In this document: positions 10,342-23,287 of the stretch, one piece after another
Layout of the letters: the number at the start of each line of letters is the position of its first letter
Position numbering within the stretch: the stretch's first letter is position 1
Assembly: GCA_907165135.1 (NCBI GenBank)
Contig: OU015567.1
Location: 12,462,001-12,526,000 of the forward strand
Direction: 5' to 3'
Source of the DNA: Oikopleura dioica
Taxonomy: Eukaryota; Animalia; Chordata
Length of the DNA: 64,000 nt
The notes under the pieces: generated by a model
What the model saw: the letters and a program-made list of their open reading frames with translations, nothing else
Database searches by the model: none
What the model was told of the DNA's origin: nothing
Position numbers and translations under genes: made by a program

Positions 10342-12347
10342 GATGATTTCTCTTCTGTTTCCCGGAGAAAGTGATCAGCAGTTTAATTTTTCTTCGCATA
10401 TGGGGAACACGGAGCTGTGTATAAAGATATTGCGCGATTGCATTTAAGATATTGCAATAACGGGAAAGAAGAGTTACAGTACGAGTCGAACCCAACTACC
10501 CGCCAGCATGGCGCCGTTTCCTAGCCTGATTCTAGCTGTGCGAGAGTACTTTGGCCAATTAAGCAAACTCATCGAAGCTCTCGAAGCGCCAAATTCCTCA
10601 CCATCTCTGACTCCCGCACGGGACAACATGACAAAGTTGTAGAACGCGAACTGTTAGGCACAAAGTGTGCGAAGGTTAATATTTACGAATACCGCACTTG
10701 AAAAACTTGGAAATTTTAATTGACAGTCGCAATAATAACCTGATATTTTAGTCAGTCAATTATAAAAAGAATTTTCAACTGAAGAATGCAGGCCTCCTAC
10801 AAAATGAGAAATCCCCTTGTTTCGCTCGAAATAATCACAGAAAATGCTAAATGCTTCATGCATATTTGTTTCGAGCAATTTGAATACCCAAAAAGGATGA
10901 ATACTCGCGCGACATGTGCATGTCAGTGTTTGTCCGGCTGCCAAAAAACAAGACTCCCGTCTAATTCTGGCTTGGGCGCTAATTTCAACACTGAAAATGT
11001 GCAAAATCGCTTGCTTGGTATGTTTGCACCAATTTCGCGTGTTCCACCGCCGCCACTCCGTCGACTACAATCTCGACCGCGATGCGTACAGCGCAAACCA
11101 GGCCTTCATGGCGCCACCGGATCGCCCGCTAATTGAAGGGATTACTAGGGATTATGATATTTCAACTTGTTTTTTTTCTCAGATGTTAAAGTTTTCAGTA
11201 AAAGGAAGTAAAAAGATTATACAGTAACAAAGGAGTCTAGTCCGCAAAAACGGAACCGGAAGAAATTCAGGATCTTCCATATAAATAAACTCCTCAACAA
11301 AACGCTTTGTAAACTCGAGTCACCTGAACCTGTCCCCTCTTTTGAAGCAGTGGGTCGAGTGTGTTGAGGCCCGGTCGGTTTGTATTGTTTGAGATGGTTT
11401 TGGACATTCCAACGGCGACCAGGCACTTGACGTCGCCTTCTTTTAATTCAAATTCGCCACCGCCTCAAGAATTCCACAGATGAACCAATTAGGCCTTCTC
11501 CTCATATGAGATTGTACGAGGATTTGTACTGGTGAACTTGTACTGGGACATTCTTGTGGCTTTCTTTATTAGCAGGGTAGATTTTTATACCACGAAGATG
11601 ATAAAAGACCATCCGTTAAAAGCGAAGAACTTTAGTAAAAGAATTAGATTTTATTAAAATTTGACTTTTTTCAACTTTATATTTTTTATATCAATCAAGA
11701 AACTACAGGAACAGTGCTAGTAATTTTCAAATTGGTTTGTTACGGTAGAGCAATTTCTTGGCCCGTAATTACAAATGCTTTGGCGTACTGGCGATTCTCG
11801 GGCTGGTGCTTGCCTGCGTGGTGGTGGTGCATTCCATTGTGCAGTGGCGCTCTTTGCTCCGCCAATGAGCAGCCAGCCATGGCGCGTACTGTACGACTGA
11901 TTAGAATACCGATGGGCTCAGCAGGAGCTTATCGCTTTGAGTAAAAAACGATTGAACTTCGCCGGGGGAAAGTTACTTTGCGAAATGGAATATCCGCTGT
12001 GGGCGGAATAACCTGCCGATTTTCCAGGCACAGCTTATCGACAATTTGGCTTGATTTGAATCTAGGCGATAAAATTCATCTCCGGTTGGTGGTGGTGACT
12101 TTTCAAAGATCAAAAAAGAATACCGACTCAAACTTCTACTTGTAGATCGATCACTTTTTCTTATAAACGGCAGCGAGAATTATTGTCATTTCTACGAAAA
12201 CACAATCAAACGGCAAAAGATCGTCCGATAGACAGAGCAAACTTGGAGGACCCATCTCTTTGGCGACAATTTCGCTGCCGTATTAATCGCTTTTCACCGA
12301 ACGGTGACTTATTCTGCAAGAATATTTTGAGAATAGCATTTCGAGAG

Positions 12348-12864
12348 ATGAGCAACGCTGAGCACGCCCGCCGATCCACCCCTGTCATGCTCCGAGATGG
12401 CAGCGTTGAAAAGGGTGGTGATGGTCTCGCCCCTGCTTTCAACAGCAAGAGCGAACGAGCTCCGAAACTAGGAGAGCTGAAGAAGAGAGAGGCCGAAAAA
12501 GGTAATAGTTGATATGAGGACTTTTTCGTAAATTCTTTCTAGGTGAAATCTTCATGTCGACTGATGTCGACGAAGACAACAGCTTCACCTTTGGCAACGC
12601 TAGTCCGGTCGAAAGAAAATTTACACCGGCCAATGTAAGTACCAAAACGTCCATCTCAAAAGCAGTGGTTCAAATTATTCTCAGAAACGCGCCCCGCGTC
12701 TCGGTGATCTCCCGAAGACGCCGTCGATCGCGAAGGGTGACAAGCTTGTTCTCATGTCGATCGAGATTGACGAAGAACAAAGCTTCGATTTTGGCGAAGA
12801 AAGCTCCATCGAAGGCGAAGCGAACAACGCGACCGCCGTTCAAGCTGGTGACGTTTCGCTCTGA
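12348..12864 (+). CDS. Hypothetical 141-aa acidic protein with a duplicated ~35-aa motif
   Basis: Exons 12348-12501, 12543-12634, 12685-12864 with canonical introns; RAPKLGEL..KG..MSTDVDEDNSFTFG and RAPRLGDL..KG..MSIEIDEEQSFDFG. Confidence 0.65.
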
Positions 12865-13979
12865 GCAGCTGCGATCTTCTGCCAAAATCACAATAATAAA
12901 TCAGAGTTCAACTTCTGTTTTCTTTACGAAACCTGTTTCTTTTAATTTGAAGCAAAACGCTCATGAAAAAAATATTCAATTAATTTATAACAAAAGAGTG
13001 CTTCTTCGGAATGAGTCGACATCCGGGCTTGACACCTTTTTCGCGCTGATTGAAATCGCGCACTCGAGGTGCAAGAGCGGTAAACACAATCAGAAATTGC
13101 AACAAGGGCCCAAATATTATGACATTGTCGAGCTTGGAAAACGATAAATAAAAACACTTCCACTTTCTCATAAGGAAGTCGGCGGCGAGTTTCAAAGGCA
13201 AAAAAGGGGCGAATTTGTAGCCGGATTCAGAAAACAGGTTTTAGAGGACCATCGAGAATTCCTTCGACAAAAGAAAAGTTTGTTGAATTTCAAATTTGCA
13301 TCTCAAAGCTTTTGAGACTTATTCTTGGCATTTTTGCTGGAGGTTTTTATGGTCTTTTTAATGCATATTTATCAGAAAAGACTTGTTTTTATGAACATTT
13401 TACTACCTCCGCAATTTAATATATACCACATTTCCTAGCCTAAATCAAACAAGCGTAAATTAATCTTCAGAATTACTAACCTTTGGCAGATCAAGTTTAC
13501 CTTCTTACAAGATTTATCTGACAAAGAATGCAATTAGTCACATTGAGCCTTCCCTGGCAATGTTATCTTGAATACCTTGACGGAACTATTTATCCATCGG
13601 AAGCGCCAAAACTGACCCTCAACGTGTTTCAGAAAATCTTGGCATTTGGCTGGTTATGAGAAAAAATGTGAAAAAATTTGGAGCACATGTGCACCGGGCG
13701 TTGCATTGAACGTGGAATGCCATTTATTTAGGAGTTCGGAACTGGAATCTCGCTCAGAATTCCCAAAAGCATACCGACCTGCCGCAGACATCGCTTTCTT
13801 ACGACACGCGCCTCTCCCAATCCATCAAAATTCGCCCAGACCACGGCCTCTAAGTGACGAGATTTTATGACTACCGGTACCTGACCCAGATAGAAATGAG
13901 CTGCAGGACTATTTTTGTAGAAATACCTCAGCCTAAAGTCTTTAGGGAGCTAAATTTTTCTTTAACGCTCTATTTCTCT

Positions 13980-14633
13980 CTATTTTTTTTTTGCAACAGT
14001 TTGCCTATTTATGAGTTTTGAGAACTTGAAAGCTAGTTTGTCAATGTCTCTTTTCCAAATAATCTTCGAATTTCTCCCCTTGGGTCGGTAAGAGATCTGT
14101 AATTTTGGTTTTCTGATGGTATCTTCTCCGAAACGCTCCGTTTCTGAACTTTGCCAATTTGTTGCTTGATGTGGTGACCACCCAAAACGCCAATTTTCAG
14201 CTCTAAACAGATTCGAGACTGTTATTGTCATGTGATGACTGGTGTATTCACACTTTTCTTGGTAAAACTGCGGATCAACAGTCAATTTGACGGACTCAAA
14301 ACTACTCTTCACAAATTCATGTGCTAAACATTATTTGGAAATCTCTAGAGCTGAACTGTTTTCTTCCCAGCAATCCGTATAAAATTCGATCGCTTTTAGG
14401 ACTTGAAAATCTAAAACTCCCTTTTCATCCTCTTCTCTAGAAGCCCGCAGTGTTTTCTTCCCACCAATCCCTATATAAATCCCCGTAAAATTATTTTCCT
14501 CATTCCGGACAGACGATGTCCTCCAAGAGTGGTTGGAAACATCCAACGAAGAAACCGCGCCTGCTTGCCTGACCAAGCTGTTCCCAATTTCTATGACAAA
14601 AGTCAAGAAGGAACAAAAACCGATTTGATACAC
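13980..14633 (-). CDS. Possible secreted hypothetical protein; exon structure unresolved
   Basis: Two adjacent 100-110 codon same-strand ORFs; hydrophobic N-terminus MYQIGFCSFLTFVIEIG; no recognised motif. Confidence 0.3.
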
Positions 14634-15947
14634 ATCAAACTTATCCTATCCTCCTGACCGAGCAAAAGTTTTCTATTTAGCCCTTTTTAGGGCTCTAAAT
14701 TCAATCTAAAATTATCAGAAAAATAATCTTTGTCTTCACTTGAAGTTCACGAGAATTCTTCTGTCTCCGAAGCAGGCCCCTTGTCAGGGCGCGTTTTTTG
14801 GGCAATACTATCTGCTAACCCCCAATTAGTGCCTTTAGAAGTCGTTAATGAAATTCCTCTGCGTGTGTAAGCGGGTTCATGAGAAATTTTTGGGAAATTT
14901 CGCAAAATTTTTCTTCACATTGTGAGACATTCTGGCATGCAATTGGTGCGCATTCTACGTGCAAGCGCATCCAAGGTCAATCGTAATCCACCCGCCAAGT
15001 TATGCACCAAGATTGACACCTGGAATCCGCTCAAATTATTATTTTTGCGCAAGGCGTTAAATATATTTCACCGCTGCTTTTGCGCCTTCCTTTTTTCTAT
15101 CAGCCCTGAGAATTTCGCACGGCCGATAATGAGCGGGAATCGATCATCCCTCCTTTTCGTAAATGTTGAGCTCGCTCAGATGCGAAAAATGATGGATGGC
15201 GCTGGACGCGCACGCAGCTGCTCGCGACCAACCATTCGGCTGAGCAGCCAGAATTCGCACCAACTGTAATCTCTTTTACTTTCTCTTCGTGATGGAATAA
15301 TTGGAGGAAGGGTTGAGCTACTGGGTGGTTTCTCCGATTTAGCGGGTGATTATCGCAGAACTAGCCAGACTCGGCGCCCACCAACGAAGTTATGATTCAA
15401 TCAGTCTAGATCAAAGTTAAAATAAATTCTAACTGTAAAAATAATCCATTGAACTTAATAAAAATTAATGGTCCTCCTTATATATTCAAGTTTTATCAAT
15501 AATAATCAACCTTTTAAGAATCGTCTTCTTTTCAGTGTGGCGCTAAATTTGATATTATTTCATGAAATAATCTTCCGAAGCTAAACAGTATTTCCAATAA
15601 AAAAAAGTTATAATCACCTTCATTAGACTCCGATGACGACTACTAACTTTGCTCGCTGACCCCACCGCGCGGCGTCGAATCGTCAACCCCTTTTCTTGCC
15701 TGACTCCGTTTCGTGGACAGCGCCACCTCTCGGCGCGGCGTCCCCATCCAACAGTAGGCTCCAGCCGCCCTCACCACAATTCTCCACTACAGATTCCTCA
15801 AATCTTTTAAATTCAAACAAAATTGTTTTTTTTTTGATCATCCTTTCGCAAACATACAGATATCCTTACTAACAGTCACCACCAGAGATTGCCAAAAAGA
15901 TTGAAAATAAAAGCTCAACCTTTTAACAAGAGCGAGATAAAAAAGAT

Positions 15948-18900
15948 ATGATGAGCGCTCCAGAAGTGATGCCACAGACGATGCAAAGTTTCCAGTACCT
16001 CAACTACGCTGCCCAATATCAGCAACAGGTAATTTTTGAGATCGGATCTATATTGAAGAGAGTCTGAATTTTAATAAAAGGCGAATTTGCTGGAATTAAA
16101 AAATGTACTCGGCACTCAAGAGGCCGGACCGCACTTGGTGGAGATAGTAATTTTGGGCTTGGGATCAGTATCTAGAATAGAATAAACTCTTCAGATTCAT
16201 TTTTGGCGGATTTTATCCTAAGATTTTATGTGAAAATGTCGAAGGGCTGTCACTTGTGGGTGAATTTTTTTGAAAAAAGAACCCTTGAAAACTAAACTCC
16301 TGTAATTTTCATCGTAATAAGCCGAACATCGTTGAGTTTCGAAGGAGATAGGCAAAAATCAAAGGTCAAAAAGGCGAGTTAGCAAAATTTTCTCGAGAAA
16401 TTATCATCTACCGATAAGCTCCCCTTATTCTCAAAATAAGATAAAAGGTTTTTTCCGCGTGAATATTCCATTCACCAAGTTGAGCATCCGATTCAGCCCG
16501 ATCATCACTTGATAAGGCAAATGAATCATCAGTCGTTGACACTGATGATGCTCAAAAGAAGTTGTTATCGGACTTCTACGTCGGGGGCCCACCCAATTTG
16601 AAAGGATCGTTGTTGATTCATCACATAATTCGCACCACCAAATTGTCCCTTTGTTCTGTTTTGGCAACTGCCGGGTTGAACTCGAAGGTGATAAGTAAGC
16701 TCTGCAAGAATTTGCGAAATCGTGAGCGTTCTATCTTCGTAAACATTTGCAACTGAAAGCTAGAATTTTAGAGCTTTCTTGCTATTTCATTAAAAATTAT
16801 GTTACAGAGGATTAGAAAACGTTTTCAAACTAGGAATTTATGAAAAAGATTGTAATGAGCAAAATTACTCAAAAAATGCCAAGCGCCTGGGTCTCCAAAT
16901 TCTTGCGCTCTAAGAAAGCCAAATGAATGTTCTCCCGACAACCCGAAAGTATTCGCCTTATGTGGATCCGCATATCTCACTAGATGCAACAATTTCCACT
17001 GAAAATTCCCCCCTCACACGAAAATTTCACAATTTCCGCTTCTGAAAATATGAACCCAAAATAATTAACATGAAAATTCACTCAACTGAATCTGCAATCA
17101 TCAATCAAATCAGATTCTTCTCTTTTTGACAGCAGGAAATGAAAACTGCGAAAAATTCAAGTTGCATAAACAATGTTTTTAGCAAATTCACAAACTAAGG
17201 GTATCACTGTTAATTTTTACAGAACCCACTGCGGTTTGATTTCATGAGCCTAAATTTCACCAGAAACGATGATTTTTGAAGGAGCTAGACAGCGCGGCGT
17301 GTCAGAATTTGTAATTCGCAGTGTGTGCCCCTGTCGTAAAGGGGACCATGGGATCTGGTGAAACTGGCTACCTACCCCTAAACTACCAGTATCCGCCGCC
17401 TTTGATCACCGCGGGAGAGCAACTGAGGGGACGAGCTTATCACGTGTTATCAGGCAAACGGAACACAAGAATACGAAATGCAAAAAGCTCGTGTACTTCC
17501 GCCGGGAAGCTCGTGTACTTCCGCCAAAGTTTGGAAAGCTCTTCTTGTGGTCGACTTTGAGTTCGATAAGTTTTTATGATAAGTTTTGAACATGACTCAA
17601 AGTATGAGTAAAAAAATTATTTCGAACTATTTCGAAATTAATTTATTGATCGGTTCAAGTTATATTTACATTTAAATATTCAAATCTTGCGCGAGTACAA
17701 ATGACTCTCGGATTCCAAACATCTATGGAAAATTTATTCGTCTGAGGCAAAGGAGATTTTTTCGAATACACATCGCTCATTTTTGGGTATTCGCTCCTGC
17801 ATGTATAGCGCCTTTGATCCGCCCATGTCTGCTCAATTTGTCCCGGCAGGGGCCGCCGAGCATTCCACCAATTTAACCAAGGCTGGCGGAAATCGACCGA
17901 CCACGACCCACCGCTCAGCAACCTTGCGAACAACAAACACCCTTGAAGCAGGCAGCGCCACTCTGAACTCTTTTGACGCCCCTTGACTATCAACAAATAA
18001 GAAATTGGCCAGTCAAAGTCGCCTTTGAACAAGATTCAAGGCGTGAAAATTCCGTTCCACTTTCTTTCAAAAGGCCCTTCAAAACCATATCCTAATCATT
18101 TCTCTTCAGCGACTGAACTTTGCTAACGGCTACCATCAATCCGGACCGGGTCTTCACGATACTCCATCAGTTTCCACAATGAATCCAGTATCCGTCAGCG
18201 CTCCTTCAGTCCTCGACCCAGCCACTCAACTCGGTCATTTGAACGCTGCTATCACGAAACTAGAACCACAGTTGCCAGTAGCTCCTACAGGCCACAGTAC
18301 CCCTGCCTCGACCTCGCCAAATCAACCAACGCAAGAGCAGAGTCTGCCAATGACTCCACCCCGGCCGAATGCGATGGAACCGCTGGTAGAGAGTTTTTAC
18401 GAAAAAGATATCGAAGAAGAGCTCGATGAACATTTCAAGAAGTCACAGTCAGAAACGAAAACAAGAAGAGGTAAGAGATCATATTCAAATGGATCTTTTG
18501 AACTTCGGAAGGCGGAAACGAAACCAATTTGTCATTTTTTGGGTGGAGGAGGCGCCCCACTTAGTAGAAACCGGTCGGTTCATTTCAATATTTGCGGCGG
18601 CGGCGCTTTGATAGCTATTAAACAATACTAAGTGCATAAAATCTCAAATCAGCGTGGATACTCATTTTTGAATACGAATTTAGGAGTTTCATAAATGATG
18701 ATTAGATTTGTAAGTCTTAATTGGAAGGCGCTTCGGACCGCGCGGTTTATTTGAAGAGCCCACTTGTTGGTGATTATGGCGGCGTGGTACATTCCTTGTG
18801 TGAATGATAATTTACTTTTTTTCAATACAAAAGGGTCCGATTTGGCCTGAGCGCTCTATGTGTCCGGCGTGGAATGTTTCAAAAATGCGCCGAGCACCGT

Positions 18901-19764
18901 CTCAAAACGGCCGCAACAATTCGCAAATGCCGCTCGCCCGCAACCAGTGAGCCCTCTCTCTTCACAAAGCCCGGCTGGCCCTGCCAATTACGCTTTTATA
19001 TAAACTACTCGATTTTTCTGTTCTTTGGAATGTCCAAAATACCGTTTTACTTTGGCTGTTTGTCAACACGCGCCATTTTGAGTACCAGGGACAATACCAG
19101 ATACGCAAGCCTTGGAGACTAAGACTGACAGCAGGAATGATAATTGCCGGTGTTGCTAGCGCGGGGTAGACAACAACGCTAGAATTAATTTGTCAATCAT
19201 CGTTCACAGGGGCATCGAATCCATCCTCCGTCCCCACCTGGCAAAGAACAATTGCTCAAGATTTTAGAATTCCTTGCTTTGCACTTTTTGGCAAGCCGAA
19301 ACAAATTTTCTAACTGATGATTTTAGGACTCATCTTCCCCGCATCGTACTACCAGCAACAGACCTCCCCCGGCCGCCCAAGCTCCGGCATCGGCAGTCTC
19401 ACATCTTCATCACTGTCGACCACGCCACCGTACGGTCATTACAGTGGATTCCCTGGCTATGGCACGGGTCCAACGTCTTTCTCTCCGCGCACCAGCGCCA
19501 CACCGACCAAGCTACAATTCTTCCCTCAATCTGACGGCAGGAGTCGGTACTTACAATCAGAGCAGTCTTTTCCCTTCGACTGGACCAACAGCAGCAACAG
19601 GACTCGATCAACTTGGAGCAAATCAGTCGCCTTTTCAAGCCGCAGCAGCTGGTAAGTTTCATCTTCTTTAAAACAGCCTCTCAATCAAAAATTTACTAAA
19701 AGAATTCCAAACTAAGGCTATTTATTTCATCTAATTTAACTCTTTAGGATTCCGGAGCTACTGA
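15948..19764 (+). CDS. Probable vestigial-like (Tondu/TDU-motif) TEAD cofactor, multi-exon with long introns
   Basis: Exon 1 MMSAPEVMPQTMQSFQYLNYAAQYQQQ|GTAAT; Pro/Ser/Thr-rich exons; FYEKDIEEELDEHFKKSQ (18394-18448) resembles the Vg/TDU core YFQGDISSVVDEHFSRAL. Internal exon joins are uncertain. Confidence 0.55.
17485..17525. repeat. Tandem duplication of AAGCTCGTGTACTTCCGCC (19 bp x2) in an intron of the vestigial-like gene
   Basis: Copies at 17485-17503 and 17507-17525; each contains an ETS-like ACTTCCG. Confidence 0.7.
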
Positions 19765-22556
19765 AAATGAAGCCAATTTCAATATCGAAAGAAACGATCT
19801 GACGATTCGGACGAACTGTACATAAATCAATGTAAAGCTATTTGTCACTGCTCCTCAAAAAATAAAATAAACGCTCATTGGAAAAAATAAACAACTCGAT
19901 CTTATTTTGTGCAACTTGTAAACACGTGATGAAGATAAACGCGCAGGGGTTGAAAAAAAGGAGCAGGAGTAGTACTATCTTATCATGGAGTGGGTGAGCT
20001 CTCGAGGGTTCAAGCTTCAGTGACCTCAGCGATGTCAAGCCCCATCGTGAAGGAATGGGCTCTGAATTCCATCCCCTAAGTATTTAACCACTACTCACTC
20101 TTTGTGGAGGTTTTTGAAGCTCAATTAGATTATATGATAGACCATCATTGATAGTTAATCCTCGAAATTAAATAAGTAAGTGCACTGTAGAGTTGTAAGT
20201 TTATTTTGTTTACAAACTGTTAGCTCTAAGCGCAATCAACCCTAATTAGCTGATAATTATCGACCGTGGGAAGCAGACTTCTTGCCCGAAAGAGCGAGCA
20301 CAAGTGGTGTCGGTGACCTTCCACTCCCTGCTCCCTTCCTATCTTGAAAAAAGGATGAATCCGTGCGCCAAAAATATACGACACAATTTTATCAGTTGTG
20401 ATAATTCGGCGACCGCTGGCTGACCCACGCTCGAATTCCTGAATCTCAATTTGTGACTTTAAAAATGCGTCAATTTTCAAAGATAGGGGATAGTTTGAAA
20501 TCAGGTTTTTTCTCCATCTAATTACGTAAAATGCACAGTTTATTTTCAGACAATTATGAGATCACGTCTTCAGTTGTTTTTAATCACTTAGCACGTGTAA
20601 ATATTTGCTTTCATTTGTCTACGAGTGCTATCATTATCAGCTAATTGGGAGGTTACGTTTAACTCTGGGAGACTCCCAGAGGATTAGACTTGCTAACTAC
20701 ATCGGATAGCAGAAACAGCCGGTGAGCTTTTGCGCTAAAAAAGAACGCATGAAAACCTACAGCCAAATTATGAAAGTGAGCGGCTCTTCGGCAGGAATGC
20801 GCGCCGCAACCGGTCGGGCAGCGCGGTGGGAGACAGAGCACCATCAAAGATTCGTTATTGTATATCTCCGCGTGGTTTTGTATATCCTTTACTGGATCTG
20901 GCTGCATTCCCCAGGACGAAGGGAAATTCCGATTTTAGAATCAAACAAAGCACCCAGCAGTAAGAGGTAATTGGAAACAAGAAAAATAGAGAAGAAAAAA
21001 GAGTTTTTTTTTGCAACAATTTGGTTGATGTTCGGCTTCAAAAATGTTCTCTAATGAGCTTCAGAATTCCACCTATGCATATTCTGGTCTTGAATTGGAT
21101 CAGTCTCTGGCTTGAATGTGTATATTGTGGGCAACGGTAGACCGCAGGTGAGAGCTCGAATGAAATACTTTGAAGGAATCGGAATGCGGAAGTTCGGTTT
21201 TTGGAAAAATTTCTCTCTTCGGAAGTTCCCTTATCTTGAATGCCTCTTACTGCGACCGTAAAAAAGTAAAGAGCTGATAACTCGCTGCAGCATAGAGATA
21301 TCCGTTAATACGGGGATAGCACTTCCCTCTTTGAGGCGCGACTGGTGTTTTACTAAGAGCCGCTTTCCGTTGAGCTGGGAGGAGTGCTTTTCTTTGGCAC
21401 TTTGTGAGCACCATCCGGGTTTGTTGCAAGAGACGAGAATTTTTTCTAGTTTTGAGGGTGTTAATGCGCAGAAATCTTCAGGAAAGACTTTTTGAATTTA
21501 GGAAAGCTTGTTTGAATACAAGAAAAAATGGAAAAGGTGAGCTTGGTTCAGTACGAAGAAGATTTTCCGGCCCGAGCGTGCCAGACATACTGAGGATCGC
21601 CCAACCACAATGGTATTTATTTGGCTCCTGTGCAACATTCGGGTTTAATTTTTGCCTCAGCCGGGGCACGATCGGCATTTGTGTCTTCCTCGAAGAGTTT
21701 GCCATTAGAATCCGGCAGTGCGGTCGTTGGCAATTATTTTGCTGCGCGGAATGCCGATCGTGATTCGCGATTTTGGCCGGAGAGCTGCGTACCTTTTGTG
21801 GCTCCACTTCTAGGTTTTTCTGTGTGCGTTGTTTTCTACCTCGAATTCCGACGGGGCATTCTTCGTCCTGCGCATTACCTGCACAAGCGAAATTGGCATG
21901 ATTCAAATCGTAAATCCCTGAACCGCCTGCATAACTTCGATTTACCGCCTCAACCGGTTCAACTAGCGTTGCTGCACTTTGGCAAGAATTTACACAGTGA
22001 AAAATTAGACACAACTTTAGTGATAATCTTTACGATACATCTTCCCGCCATGTCTGATATCTCCCGCTGAGAAACCATCAGTGTTGCGCCCTCAGTTGGA
22101 CCCGGACAATCATAAATGGGAAAAATGAAGGCTTTGCATATTATTCAAAACAATTTTTTGAAAATGAAACTCTATTCTATCTTTTCATACAATGGCCAAA
22201 TATTACATTGATTTGTAATTTTTTTTTAAATAGAGGACTTCCTAAGTCAGGAATCTTGACTGAATGACTCTTACATAAAATGAAACTGTTTCAAAATCGG
22301 TAGTTAGATATTTCATCTTTACTTAAGTTTTGAATAAATTTTAGTTTAAATTATATTGTTTAATACAAATTGATGCCTTTGATTTTCAGATTTTTGAGAT
22401 TTGTTCCGTTGTTGAAAAATTCCGATGTTGAAGGAGTATGCAACCCATTGTCAGCGTCGGAGGCTTTGTGTCTTCTTGTGGTATCTAAATAACGTGGTGA
22501 TAAGGGAGTCGCGTTCCACCCGCAGCTCAGGAATGGCTGCTGGTGATGTGGGAATG
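18790..22556. promoter_or_regulatory. Cluster of MCAT/TEAD-type GGAATG/CATTCC motifs in an intron and 3' flank of the vestigial-like gene
   Basis: Motifs at 18790, 18871, 19027, 19134, 20052, 20794, 20905, 21181, 21748, 22530, 22551; no convincing coding exon between about 19.8 and 22.9 kb. Confidence 0.4.
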
Positions 22557-22915
22557 TCGGCTGTATTCGTGAAATGTGTTCAGAAATGTCGCCAAAATTT
22601 CTCAAAAATATTCGACCAATTCTGAAGGCCACAGCGTATTGTGACATTGGCTCGCCTGTGGAATCCGCTCAACGTGTTCAAATATGAGCAACAAATTATT
22701 ATTCAAACTCGTATATTCAAAAGGCTCGATTGGAAGACTATTAACATTACCAGAATTTGAACGAATCGAAAGATTTTCGAACTCTACGACTTCACTACTG
22801 ACCGCATAGTGTTATTATAGTCACAAAGAGTAGCTTTAGTACTTAGAATTCTATAACTTGCGATTATTCGCTTATGCGAGTTTGCGTTATAAACCTCCCA
22901 AAATGAGCATCCTTC

Positions 22916-23033
22916 GCTTAGCGTCATACCGCGTAGAATAAACCAGTTCTCGTCCGATCACTGAAGTCAAACTACGACGGGCGGGGTTAGTACTTACATG
23001 GGTGACCGGTTGGGAATACCTCGTGCGCTAAGC
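22916..23033 (+). rRNA. 5S rRNA gene, copy 1
   Basis: 118 nt; terminal helix GCTTAGCG..CGCTAAGC; conserved CATACC, TCTCGTCCGATC, GGTTAGTACTT..ATGGGTGACC..TGGGAATACC; followed by ATTTT (Pol III terminator). Confidence 0.95.
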
Positions 23034-23169
23034 ATTTTGCCTCTTTCGGAGTCATATTTCAGTTTTATTGAAATTTTGGTCCATTTGCCTCCTTGAATAT
23101 TGCTCTTTATGGAATGTAAAGCCGACCAAAATTTCATGAAACTGAAACCTAAGTCCCAAAAAACAAAAT

Positions 23170-23287
23170 GCTTAGCGCACGAGGTATTCCCAACCGGTCA
23201 CCCATGTAAGTACTAACCCCGCCCGTCGTAGTTTGACTTCAGTGATCGGACGAGAACTGGTTTATTCTACGCGGTATGACGCTAAGC
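23170..23287 (-). rRNA. 5S rRNA gene, copy 2 (convergent with copy 1)
   Basis: Reverse complement is identical to copy 1 by eye; same 13-nt 5' flank ATGAGCATCCTTC and ATTTTG terminator. Confidence 0.95.

Noticed and set aside
10470-10540. GGTTCGACTC B-box-like motif on the minus strand, suggesting a tRNA
   Set aside because: The flanks do not form a T-stem (TTGGG versus CGTAC) and I found no acceptor or anticodon stem.
10500-12150. Several exon-like segments on both strands
   Set aside because: I could not assemble a consistent spliced frame or recognise a motif; probably genic but not supportable as a call.
12960-13870. Short ORFs and exon-like pieces
   Set aside because: Strand and splice pattern are ambiguous, with no recognisable product.
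21404-22070. Overlapping 119-178 aa ORFs on both strands
   Set aside because: Non-ATG starts, no motif and no flanking splice signals that build a gene; treated as non-coding.
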